Position numbers and translations under genes: made by a program. 64,000 nucleotides of DNA from Selaginella moellendorffii (Eukaryota > Plantae > Lycopodiophyta). The DNA is taken from the NCBI RefSeq assembly GCF_000143415.4, contig NW_003314294.1, positions 367,402 through 431,401 on the forward strand, read 5' to 3'. Positions 1-11,287 of the stretch are shown one piece after another (within the stretch, counting starts at the first letter, position 1; each line of letters starts with the position of its first letter). A model generated the notes under the pieces. The model was not told the DNA's origin. It saw only the letters and a program-made list of their open reading frames with translations, and made no database searches.

Positions 1-1806
1 TTCATTGCAGGGATATGAAAACGTAGCAAAAACATTTCCCTTCACAGAGGACGAGGTACAATTCGTTAGCATTTTCTTGTCTCAGATCTCCAAATCAGGT
101 TCCTCTCAAAAGATTATAAACCATTGCTTTGCCTGTCGTTTAGCCAAGGTTTTCGCGACAACCTTTGAAAGCTCTTCTCGACCATCAACATGAACTTCCC
201 TTCTTTCCAAATCGCTCTAGAGCTTGTTTACACAAATTCGCAGATGAACATAAACAAGGCAGGTACAGGCCACTGCCGTCCAAAGTACTGTTGCTCCAAT
301 TCTCACGTTATTGTTCCTGGTGTAGAAAAAGACGTAGTGGTACCACCATTTTACTGGAAGAATCCTTGCCTCTGGCGTGGATTTCATTTCGGTTTGCTGC
401 CTTCAAGGCTTGGTGGTACCAGCGCTGCGCTGCGAGAGCTCCGTCGGGAAGGCCAGGGCGTGATACTTGGCGTGCTCTACGTACAAATAAACTGTCTTCC
501 ACACACACTAGCTAGAAAAGGAAGGAGAAAGGTATGAGATACCTTTCTTTCGCGTTACACATAGTTTTCCTCCAGCGCTTTTGCGTGTTTTCTGCGAGGT
601 CCAAGCTATACATCCAAAACTCATGGTTTGATTTTTCTTCAAATTTTTAGAGTTTTTTGGTATTTTCTATCCATCGTGAGCAGCACCAACAAACGGAACA
701 GCTCAAAGCGTACCAAAACGAAGGAAGTAAAAAAAAAGGATTTCCGCAACATCAACGTCACTGGAACGTGCAATAGTGTCAGAGAGAAGGAAAAAATTAT
801 TTAGATTCGCAGTATATTCTATTTCGTACGGTTTCTAGGGCATGTACGACCTCCCGCCAAATTTTCTTTAATCCTTCTAGAGGGAGTCGGAACCATATCA
901 TGCCACTCGTGCAATGCTATAGGTTGGTTATAGGTCTCCAATTATGTGTTCTTGGGCATAATGCACGAGGGCGCTCGTTTCTCCATGCTCGCGCGCGGCG
1001 CCTTTGCTCGCTATGATCGATTTTTTAGGTCTAGGGCGCTGATCGGGTCGCGGCGTAGTGTAGCTTCTTGCTAGCGAGCGAGGGGAGTGGCAGTCTCAAT
1101 CTCATCATCTTTGATTGATTGATTGATCTTCTTGCCCAGATTTCTCCCAGAATCGACATTTATTTGCTCGAAATATGGCTCTGGGCCCTGGCAGCGCCAA
1201 TCTTTCCAAGAAATCTCCCGAGGTACCGGCATTTACTCGGATCAACAGTCAAATTTCCGGCCATGGACCCCTTTCCTGTTCCGTTATAGAGCGATCGCGA
1301 GCAATGGCGCCGGGTAGGATTTCTGGAAGCTGTGATGCGGCTGGAAACACCTAATCCGAGCAGCCGAGCTGCGATTAGGTGCCGGGCAGGCGGTCCTGGC
1401 ATCGATCAACGCAGGTATGGTGTGGATCGTTTCTTTAATTGTAAGACTTGATTATTTCTCTTTCGGGATGGATGAATGAATGAATCTGGAAGCTTGTGTG
1501 TTCTTGCAGGCGGTAGCTCAAGAAAAAAAATTCTAGGCAAGAGTTTTTTTCTTCGCGTGATATGGCAACGAGACAGACGACGAGCCAGCACATTGTGTCA
1601 GGTGCCACTTTTTCTTGTCTTGGTTACCTATCGTCGTTATCACACCCTCTTTTTAGCCTGCTCTTCTTGTTTGATTCTGTGTCTTCTAGGATGGCTAGCT
1701 ATGGAGCTTTCACGAAGGCTCTCACTCACCCACTCTCGTGTGTGTTTGTGCTTGTAGGAATTTTTTGAGATAAAAGGAGAAGAGGCACAGTTGGGTCAGG
1801 GAGATC

Positions 1807-4464
1807 ATGCCCCCGTCGGCATCGAAAGCTCCAAATGCGACCGGAGCAGCGGAGGTAAGATACTCTGCTGCTAAACATTCGCCACTTACACCACCAATGG
1901 ATCGAGCCAAGGGAGGCCAGCAGCAACGTCACAGGCATCCTTTTCTTCTGCCCCAGCAGCAGCAGCAGCAGCAGCGCCAGTCTAGCTTTTCCCTGGGCTG
2001 CATTTTTGATAATCCGGTAGCGTTTGAAGACTCTTCGTCGGGTAGAAGGAAAATTGACTACACCGGCATCTCCAGTGAAGCGAGAATGGACATGCTCGAG
2101 TGCCAGATCAAAAGCGTGGACGCTTGGAACGGTGTGACGAGAGCGCCGGACTTGGTTTCCCCTGCACAGCAGCAGAGGGAGCTTAGGATGAAGATGAAGA
2201 TCCAAGCGCAGCAGCGTGAAGCCAAAAGGTGGAAACGGGATGGTGTGGGGGCTTCTCTTCATAAACAGGCAGCGGAGGTGGAAGACGCGAGCTATGATCC
2301 GGCGAGACCAGTGGCGATCCAGACTTGTAGGCGGAAGTTGTGCCTCGATGATCCGTTGACAACAGCAACGACGAATGACAAGGCAGGCTTTAACACCCCT
2401 CTTCTGGACGACTGCGAAATCTACTCGGACGTCTCGGACTCGGTCCCGGAGGATGTGGGCTTCAATGGTTTACCAGCGGCCAGATCAAGGAAAGAGGAGC
2501 GGAACACATCCGGGTTTTGCACGCCAGTTCGTGACGCTCTACAGTCGCGCGCTTGCTCGCCGATTAGTGACGATGGGACTGCCTCTTTGAGATCACTAAA
2601 TGCTCTAGACAATTCCATGGAAGCAGGCTGCTGTGGCATTGAGCTTGAGGATATTGGCACCGACACTTCGAGAAGGGAAAGCTTTCGGTCCTTGAAAGCT
2701 TGTGCCACTGCCCGAGAGGGGCCTTACTTCGTCTATCCAGGTTGGTCCATGTGGAGTAGGGAGCACTCGTACAGGTCCCTGACACAGGATAGTCCGCTCT
2801 CCAAGAATTCTTGCGCCCCGTCGATAAAAAACCTCCCGGGAGTCAAGACGCTGAGGGCGTCCCTCCGGCAGCACCTTGCAGCGGCAGCAGCGGGACAACG
2901 TCACATATCTTCTGGATCCGTGAAGAGATCTTCTAGCACCAACACCAGATCGTCGACAGTCTCAGAGAGTACCTCTATAAGAAAATCACGGAGGGGAGCG
3001 TCTACAACAAACGTTGCTTCGAAATGTGGGAAGTTTACTGTTGTTGAAGAGGCCAGAGTGCCACTGTTGAAGCCGCAGAGGACGGTGAGAAAGCACTTTT
3101 CTCCGAGAAAGCACTGGGAGCCGGTCACGTTTTTCAGGAAGGGGTTGAAGTCCCTGGCCTCGAAGGGATTCCCGCACGATGGCTTCAGCTTCCCGTCGGT
3201 ATTCCCGCTTCCAGGATGCGGCCTTCCTCGGCTCGATCAGAGCCACCTCATGAAGCCAAAGAGGTTACTCTCCGAGAAGCGACGAAGCCTGCTAGAGAAG
3301 ATCCAAGACTCCAAAAACCTGGACGCGACCACCTCTTTCACGGGCTACCTCCAGTGCATCCTCCGGCATGGTCTCACGAGCTACAGCTTCTGGATGGACG
3401 AACTTGACGAGGTACTCGTGGCGCGGCTAGAACAGGGAGATCGTCGAGACAAGTGCTTCTCGTTTTATACATGCAAAGGCAAGGACAAATCCGGGTGGCG
3501 GCACTGGCAGAAGATCCGGAAGCGAGTCGTCAACTTTATCGGGACGATGAGCTTCTCCTGCTGCATATACACGGAAGTCGACCTCAAAGGCGAAGTCATG
3601 CATTTCATGGACTCGGAGTTTTCACTTTTTGACGAGAGGCAACCAGCAAGCACTACTCCGCACCGGCGGACGCACCACTCCAAGTCAAGAGTTGCGTCAT
3701 ACTTGAAAGCTCTCCTGGGAAGCCCGTGGGAAGGTGGCGAGCACAGCGACGCAGGGATGAAGCCCAGGAAGGAGCTCGCAGCGATGGTGATCCGGGTGCC
3801 GCTGGAAGTGAGAAAGGCCAGCGTCACGGTTTCATGCCATCACGAGAAGTTCGCGCTGGAGAAGACGTCGTCCACGACCACGACGTGGAGCAGCATTGTG
3901 GGGGCCAAAGGCGAGAGCATTCACGTCGTACTACCAACAGGGGATCACGGCCATCCCACTTACGGTCTGGAAGGTCCTCGGCCCCTCGTGGAGCGATGGC
4001 GGTCTGGAGGACTGTGTGACTGTGGGAGCTGGGACTTGGGCTGTGGGATGGTCACGCTCTCCAAGGACAAGGACAGCAGCAACAGAGACAACGCAAGCTC
4101 GAGCTCCTCCTTGAATCTCGTCGTCGAGGTGAGGAACTCTTTGAGATCGTTTCAAACCTCTGGAGCTCATGATTTTTGGAAAAACTTTGGACAGGGTGTG
4201 AAGCGCAAGTTCGTGACGATGAGTTTGTCCCCGTGCCGCGAAGATGGTCTCTACCGCTTGAGCTTCCAGAGGCCGCTCATGGGACTCCAGGCATTCGCGT
4301 CGGCCGTGGCGATCCTCCACAGCAAAATCCACACTGGCGGAGAGGTGAGATATGGCAGCGCTAGCGAGACCAAGCTTCCCGTCACGCTCATCGCTCGTCG
4401 CGACAAGAGCTTGCGATCGTCGTGCCATCCAAATCCGCCAGTCTCGCCCATCGAAAGACTGTGA
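1807..4464 (+). CDS. DUF3527-domain plant protein of unknown function
   Basis: 885-aa ORF whose C-terminal region carries the DUF3527 hallmark GPRPLVERWRSGGLCDCGSWDLGC and LQAFASAVAILHS. Probable 66-nt in-frame intron at 4129-4194 (GT..AG). Confidence 0.85.
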   Translation: MPPSASKAPNATGAAEVRYSAAKHSPLTPPMDRAKGGQQQRHRHPFLLPQQQQQQQRQSSFSLGCIFDNPVAFEDSSSGRRKIDYTGISSEARMDMLECQIKSVDAWNGVTRAPDLVSPAQQQRELRMKMKIQAQQREAKRWKRDGVGASLHKQAAEVEDASYDPARPVAIQTCRRKLCLDDPLTTATTNDKAGFNTPLLDDCEIYSDVSDSVPEDVGFNGLPAARSRKEERNTSGFCTPVRDALQSRACSPISDDGTASLRSLNALDNSMEAGCCGIELEDIGTDTSRRESFRSLKACATAREGPYFVYPGWSMWSREHSYRSLTQDSPLSKNSCAPSIKNLPGVKTLRASLRQHLAAAAAGQRHISSGSVKRSSSTNTRSSTVSESTSIRKSRRGASTTNVASKCGKFTVVEEARVPLLKPQRTVRKHFSPRKHWEPVTFFRKGLKSLASKGFPHDGFSFPSVFPLPGCGLPRLDQSHLMKPKRLLSEKRRSLLEKIQDSKNLDATTSFTGYLQCILRHGLTSYSFWMDELDEVLVARLEQGDRRDKCFSFYTCKGKDKSGWRHWQKIRKRVVNFIGTMSFSCCIYTEVDLKGEVMHFMDSEFSLFDERQPASTTPHRRTHHSKSRVASYLKALLGSPWEGGEHSDAGMKPRKELAAMVIRVPLEVRKASVTVSCHHEKFALEKTSSTTTTWSSIVGAKGESIHVVLPTGDHGHPTYGLEGPRPLVERWRSGGLCDCGSWDLGCGMVTLSKDKDSSNRDNASSSSSLNLVVEVRNSLRSFQTSGAHDFWKNFGQGVKRKFVTMSLSPCREDGLYRLSFQRPLMGLQAFASAVAILHSKIHTGGEVRYGSASETKLPVTLIARRDKSLRSSCHPNPPVSPIERL

Positions 4465-4516
4465 GCGCTCGCGAGAGATCCATTTCACTTGTATATAAAA
4501 AAAGCCATATCATTCT

Positions 4517-4660
4517 CCACGTGGCACTACTAGGCACTGCCACGTGGCTGTACTCTCATACTTCCATTAGGCGGCAAAGGGCTTTACATGCCGCCACATG
4601 GCAACGTCGTGTCAGGTTGCCACTTGGTAGATTCCACTTGCCACGTTACATGGCTGCATG
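4517..4660 (+). promoter_or_regulatory. ABRE/G-box cluster upstream of caleosin
   Basis: CCACGTGGC at 4517 and GCCACGTGGC at 4539, plus the variants GCCACATGGC and GCCACGTT and RY-like CATGC, all within about 270 bp of the ATG at 4786. Confidence 0.65.
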
Positions 4661-4785
4661 CTCTTCCATTCACAAGAAGCTTCTCGTTAGCCCTATGCTT
4701 TTCTTATACTTTTGCGGGTTTTTCGTTCTCCCTCGCATTTTTCTCTCTTTCTTTTGTTCTTGCAGATTTTTTGTAGCACGCAGCG

Positions 4786-5788
4786 ATGGCTATGGAGGCT
4801 CGCAAGCGCGAGGCGTTGGAGACAACTGCTGATGGAGCGCCTGTGACCAAAGAGCACAGGGTGGAGGCCAAAGATTACGATAGAATTCCCAAGCCCCGTG
4901 AGTTTTTCTTGAGTTTTCGTGCTCTGTAGAGGAGGTTCTTATCTTTTATTCTTGGTTTTAATTCCAGATGTTCCAAGGGCTTTGTTCGCTGTAGACAATG
5001 ACCATCCGCTGGGATCCCCCGACCACGATCACTCCGGATTGTCTGTGCTGCAGCAGCATGTCGCCTTCTTTGATCGCAACAAGGATGGGATTGTTTATCC
5101 TTGGGAGACTTTTCAAGGTCTGTGCGACGATGTTTTCTTGTCTCATCGAAAATTTCTAAGTTTTGTGCTTGATGTCCAGGCTTCCGAGCCATCGGATTCA
5201 ACTTCGTGTTGGCGTTCATTGGCATGCTTTTCATCAACGGATCCATGAGCTATGCAACTCTCGAGGTTGGAATTTTTAGTTTTAATGGGTTGATATTGTG
5301 TTTTTTTCTAGAGCTGGATTCCGTCGCCCTTGTTTCCCATTTACATAAAGAACATTCACAAGGCAATACATGGCAGTGACACTGGAATATACGACCATGA
5401 GGGACGGTAAGAAATTCTTGCGCTACTTATCAGACCATGGATCTTCACACTTGATACACAGCTTTGTTCCTGCAAACTTTGAGCAACTCTTCGACAAGTA
5501 TGCTCGTACACACGCTGATAGAATGTCATACAAGGAGATCATTGCGATGACTCAAGGCCAAAGAGATGCGTTTGACCTGTTTGGATGGTAAGAGATTTCA
5601 GTCTGTTATCAGTTAAGAGTTGTGATCATTTTTTCCTTAGGACTGCCAATAAGTTAGAGTGGACTGCTACATATTGGATTCTTGGAGAGAAGGGCTACAT
5701 GTCTAAAGATGCTATCAGGGCAGTCTACGATGGGAGTGTTTTTGAATATCTTGAGAAACAACACAAGCATCAACAGAAGTTGCAGTGA
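4786..5788 (+). CDS. Caleosin/peroxygenase (multi-exon)
   Basis: Spliced translation gives [11 protein letters not shown]..., then [26 protein letters not shown] (EF-hand and heme His), [31 protein letters not shown] (proline-knot region), [14 protein letters not shown] and [14 protein letters not shown]. Introns are GT-AG. Confidence 0.95.
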
Positions 5789-5894
5789 ATACTATTAAAA
5801 TGTCTTTTTGGCTTTTCTATTTTTATTAAAGTTTAAATAGAAAAAGTTGGACATTATAAAAGCTTTTATCAGTTTTTTTTAAAATTGGAATTAA

Positions 5895-5918
5895 TATATA
5901 TATATATATATATATATA
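5895..5918. repeat. (TA)n microsatellite
   Basis: About 12 TA units. Confidence 0.9.
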
Positions 5919-5940
5919 TTTATTTATTTATATGCAGAAA

Positions 5941-8900
5941 TTATAAATATGTAAGTGCTTGGAATATAGAAATATGTATATCAATTAACTCAAAAACCCT
6001 GATCTAGAGTGAAATTAATTTGATGGCATTATATTAATATTAGTATATGGTATTATAGCCATATACTTCACATCATCCCCTCTTTTTAAAATGATGACAA
6101 GTAGTTAAGGTTCCTTTGAAGGAACATCAGAAGAAGGCATTAATGGATCTATAAATAGTGTCAATTATTCTTAATCCTTTTGTATGAAGTATTTCAACCA
6201 TAGCACAATTTTTGAAGGATTGGCTTGTTAGATATCATGCCAAAATTTATAAATTTGCAATCTAACTTTCTGCAATATTTGATATGGTCCCTTCCATTGA
6301 GCAAAAAGCCCTTTAAACAAATCACATATATAAGATTAGGAAAATGAATTAACACTAAATCATTTACTTTATACTCTGCAGGTGGATGATGATAGGAGTT
6401 ATAATGTTGTTGTTATCCTATTTGTATGCAACTTAAGTATTTGGCAGACTTTACTTAAACTAGTAGAAGAATGATCGCAAGACCTAACATTGGTAACTTA
6501 TGGCAATTGCGACTCAACTCCATTAATAGTATTAGATCATGATTATATAGGAGTTTATATGTACACCTCACATACCGAAGAGAGAACAAATAACCAATCC
6601 CAATCCGAATACTGAAAGTTCATATACTTTGCAATCATTCCTTTGAATATCCAAACAAGTTGTTCCACCAAACCATTTGACTGTGGATGATAACCACTTA
6701 TGAAAGTGTGGTGTATCCCCAATTAAGATATTAAAACATGAAATACCTTATCCATAAATGTAAGACTATTATCTGAAAGAATTTTCTTTAGACAAGAATG
6801 CTAAAACACCACTCGATTGAGGAGGAAGTATCCAATAGTGGTTGCAGATGCACTAACAAGAGCTTCAATTTCCACCCAATGAGTCAAATAGTCAGAAGCA
6901 ATAATGATATACTCATTGTTAGCAATTGACTGTGTTAAAAGCCCTTATCAGATCAAATGCTACTAATTTAAACAAACAGAAAACTGTAATTGATTCTAGC
7001 CGTCTTTTGCAACACGAGGGGGAGTATTATGAGTTTGGCACTAAATGCAACTACACACATACTAGATAATAAAATTGCATTTCCCAATAAAAAGACTTGT
7101 GCAGCTTCTTGGTCACACAATAATGCCCTATATGCCTGAATAAAATAGGAGAATTATGATAAGCATGGAGAAAACATGGAATAAAAATCGAAAGCATCAT
7201 TAGTTATAAATGATCATCAGGATCCATCCCCACAAAATAAAGGTGGTCATCCTCAAGGTGATATTGAATATGTAAATGCCGAAATGGCAAGTAATAAGCA
7301 AGTGATGTAAGATTCTTAAACCCATTGTAAAAACTTTGGATCCATGGCTCAACATTTTGAGCTTTACAAACTTCATCAATAGAAAGTAAATCTTGTTCTA
7401 CACCTTGTGGACTCTAAACATCAAATACAACAACCACAGAATCATCATTTAAAAATCCACAGATGCTGGAATAATAAACTTGTTAGAAACATGATAAAAG
7501 AGTGAAGAATGAAGAAGAGCTCAAAAAAGAGCATCAATATGAGCCATAGAACTCTCTGGGCGTTGAAATTGTATATCTAAAGCTTCAAAGCCCATTGAGC
7601 AATATGACCAGCTAAGTTCTTTCATTTTCATAATGAAGTAACTACAGCATAATCACTTTTTAGTAATATTTAAAAACCATATAATAAATATGAAGTTTCT
7701 CAAAACCCCAAACTACTACTAAACACTCTTTTTTGTTGTGGAGTAATTCACTTTTACCGGTCGTAATGTATAGCTGATGTATGCAATGGGATGGCACTGA
7801 TTAAGCATACTTGAGCTCTAGTACATCAACACATCTCCAAGACCGATATAAAAAACATCCACGTGCAAAATGAAAAGTCGAGTGTAGTTAGGATATGCCA
7901 AAACTAAAGGAGTTGTCAATAGCTCTTTGAGATACTTAAATGCTTGCTTACAGTCCACAGACTAAGTGAAAGATGATGTTAACAACTTTAATAATGCTTA
8001 CAATAGTGTAGTATGATAAAAAAAGATGACCAATGAAACAATTAAGATATCGCACTTTGTCTAAAAAGTGTTGCACATATCATTCACATATTTTGGAGTA
8101 GTGAATTTAAGAAAAGTCATAGGTTTATCAGAATCAACTTACAAACCTTCACGAGAAATATTATACCCAAGATAAATGGTGTCTTTGGACCCAAATACAC
8201 ACTTTGATCACTTCAACTTTCAACTAACTTTTTGCAACTGATTCAACACCTTATAAATATCATGAATGTGTTCCTCCCATATCCCTTTCAAGTGGATCAA
8301 GACATCATCGATGAAGTCAGAAATCACATCTAGCATATTGCAAAGAACCTCGTTCATCATCCACTAGAAAGTCATTAAAGCATTGTTTAAACAGCATCAC
8401 CAAGAACTCATACAAACTAATGGTATATAAAAGTAATGTTGGGAATATCTTCTTTAGCCATTAGCATTTGCCAATACCCAAAAGCAAAATCTAACTTGAT
8501 GAACTAATGATTTCTTCCCAGATGATCTAAGAGATTAGTAGTGTGAGGAAAAAGATATATATTTGGGATTGTCACTTTGTTTAACTAATGATAGTCAATG
8601 GAGAAATGAATACTCCCATCAGACTTTGTCATAAGATAAGGTTTACAGGCCTAAGGACTTCACGACTTTCAAATAACACTCTTTTCCAACATCTCTTTAA
8701 TGTTTATATATAAAATTTTGATCACTTTTGGTGACCGACGACAAACAAAAACCTTGATTGGACAAGAATCCTCAATTGGAATAGGATAACATATTACAAT
8801 CTTGGTGCCAAACAACATATCAAATTCAAAGAGATCGACATACTCCTTTATAAGTTAGTCAACCATTGTAACATAAAGACCGTTGGAGGGATTGGAAGAG

Positions 8901-10842
8901 GGAATAGAAGAACAAAATAGAAACATAGAAGAAAATAATAAAGAGGCAAAAGTGATAGAAGAAGAGGTAAAAGTAGAGGGATAAAGAGGAACAAAAGTGA
9001 GAGGAACGGAAGAAATATAAAAAAGTATGAGACAAGGGTTAAAAGCACACTTGGCATAATTATATCATAACTAATCTATACTAAGGATGAGGTTAAAAGC
9101 TTAACTCTACACAACCCACAATAATTATAATATAAGCTCGAGATTACCCACACACATAACTAAGTCCGCCTCATACAATGTATATGCGTGTCTACAATCG
9201 TTGTCATAAAGAATGAAAACTAGCTTTGCCACACAACACAAATATAGATAGCAACATATAGCAACAAACTAAGAAATAAAGGATAAAGTTGAGTTTATAT
9301 CAACTAATATGGAAAAAATAATAGGAGACCTCTTATTATAAAACAAGCTTGGAAAATAAACATTACACGAATTGATGCCGAATGAACCCCTTAATGATAC
9401 TCTCGAAAGAACAATAAAGGGGTTACTAACTTACTTGAAGGACCTTCTACTACTCGCGTGACTCTTCATTTCTAGGAAGCATCTCAGTGTCTAGACCTTC
9501 TACTGCAACAATATTAATAGGACATTGTTGACACTAAAGTCTCCACCCAAGAAATGAAAGTTGCTAATCTGCAAAACGTTAACAATGCCAATAAGTGTGA
9601 CAAACTTCATCATACACCCAATAGTGGACATTATAACCATGATTATGTCATTGCCCTTATTCTAGAACTTGGATAGCAATAGCATCAACCTCTATTGGAA
9701 CAAGACCATCTCTTATAGAAAGTGGAGCGAAAGGATATGCAACGAGAAGTGGAAGAGGTGATGTCTTATAACATTGTGCCAAATGAAGAGCATCATCAAG
9801 GGTAGCTAAAACAAGTGTATGTATAATTTTTATAAGATCTTGATAAAATGCTAGCCACAACATTCCCAACTTGATCCACTTTGATATATTTAGCTCTACA
9901 CAAAGTAAAAGGTTTCAGAAACAAATGCCAAATTGCATTACTAACTTGTAATACATTCTATCTCTCTCCCCTTAAATCAACTAAAAAATGAGCAATTATT
10001 TGATAAAAGAGCCCTTAATAGCTAATTTATTCCCATTTATCCCCTAATGTTTTAAGGATCTACAGTGACAGTATATTCAAATTTCATCCCATAATCACAT
10101 GTGCTACATAGATGGCCCTAAACGAAGACAATACAACTATTAGAAAGCATCATCACAATTGCCAACATATCCAAATGCGCATTTGAAGACATCTGGGAGA
10201 ATGCTCCAATCCTCATAAGTGGTTACACTCAAACTATTATATCATTGTAACATTGTTCTTTAAAGACACGTGGAAAACTCACTCAAACGTTGAGCATTAT
10301 CCCAATAATGATATGTGGCAATCACTGTAAAGTGATAAAACCAATGGTACACATAATCCCTAGGACGAGCTTTGGTCAGACACGAGGATTAACACTAAGA
10401 GCAAAAAGAGCTATACCTACCACTATCAATTAAGTCTGATTATTTAATTGTAACCACATAGCATTGAACAACTTGCATCAGCTGTTGCTCCAAAGTCAAA
10501 GGAAAAAGAAGCTGTTGCTTTGTTATGAAGATGAATAAAAAAGAAAAGGCAAAAAAGAAAAAATTGAGAAAATTATAAAGAAAGGGAGATTTAGATGATG
10601 CAAAAGCTAGATCTAAACCAAAATCCCAAATCTAAACACTCCTTAGAGACAACCAAAGTTGCCCCTCACCTCCACCAATATAAGTGCATGGAATATAAAA
10701 ATGAAATATAGAAATGTGTATACCAATTAGCCCAAAAACCCTAATTTATATATAAGAGTAAGTGGTCTAAATTGAAATCAATTCAGCAGCTATTAAAATC
10801 CTACTATGTTAATATTAGTATATGGTATTGTAGTCATACACT
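5941..10842 (-). mobile_element. Decayed full-length Ty3/gypsy LTR retrotransposon
   Basis: Stop-riddled minus-strand motifs: RT (KSDGSIHFSIDYH*LNKVT ~8600; DFIDDVLI ~8310), RNase H (VLAYPNYTRLFILHVD ~7880; NYSTTKKECL ~7730), integrase (GYHPQSNGLVE ~6680; WKGPYQI ~6285). Order is RT-RH-INT. PPT AAAAAGAGGGGATGA at ~6073-6087, similar degenerate LTRs at ~5945-6072 and ~10680-10842, and PBS TGGTGGAGGTGAGGGG at 10677-10662. Confidence 0.9.
9947..10108 (-). mobile_element. Solo LTR (162 bp) of the TRIM family at 11288, nested in the gypsy relic
   Basis: Reverse-complement match to LTR 11288-11449, with the same length and many C>T/G>A changes. Confidence 0.8.
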
Positions 10843-11003
10843 TGGACCTAAGCTATATTAATAAAATTATTTATTAATATTTAATTATATCCATAGATAA
10901 ATTTATTAATTATCATATTAATAAAAATATTTTATAGATTTTAGTGTATAATCTTGTAATAAATAATAATATATGGAGTTGCCATCAGATCTAATTAATG
11001 GCA

Positions 11004-11197
11004 TATAAGCTTTTGAATTTAGACTTTCCGGGAGGTCACCTAGCCCAATACTATTCAAACCTAAAAACACTTAACCCTAAATATCCTAAGACTTTTAACC
11101 GATTGAAAAAGAAGGTGCATTCTTATTCATGGGCCTTTTCCTTTTATACTTAAACCTTATAAATTGTTTCTCAAATCATTCTCTTTGGTTGTTTACA
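11004..11197 (-). mobile_element. Solo LTR of Cassandra-like (5S-containing) TRIM
   Basis: Reverse-complement match to the 5S-bearing LTR family (...ACTTTCCGGGAGGTCACCTAGCCCAATACTATT...). Flanked by a perfect 5-bp TSD, TGGCA. Confidence 0.85.
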
Positions 11198-11287
11198 TGG
11201 CAGCCATTCAATGGTTTATCTATCAAAGGGTTATTTTTCTAACCATGTTAGCAAATGGAAGGTTGCTAATTGCCTAGGGTGAGAGAA

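Noticed and set aside
1-640. Possible minus-strand gene fragment at the window start (GT..AG-like segment at ~542-512)
   Set aside because: No frame I tried stayed open or gave a recognisable motif.
8848-9057. 69-aa hydrophobic ORF as a membrane peptide
   Set aside because: It is a low-complexity purine/pyrimidine-skewed tract inside the decayed gypsy element.
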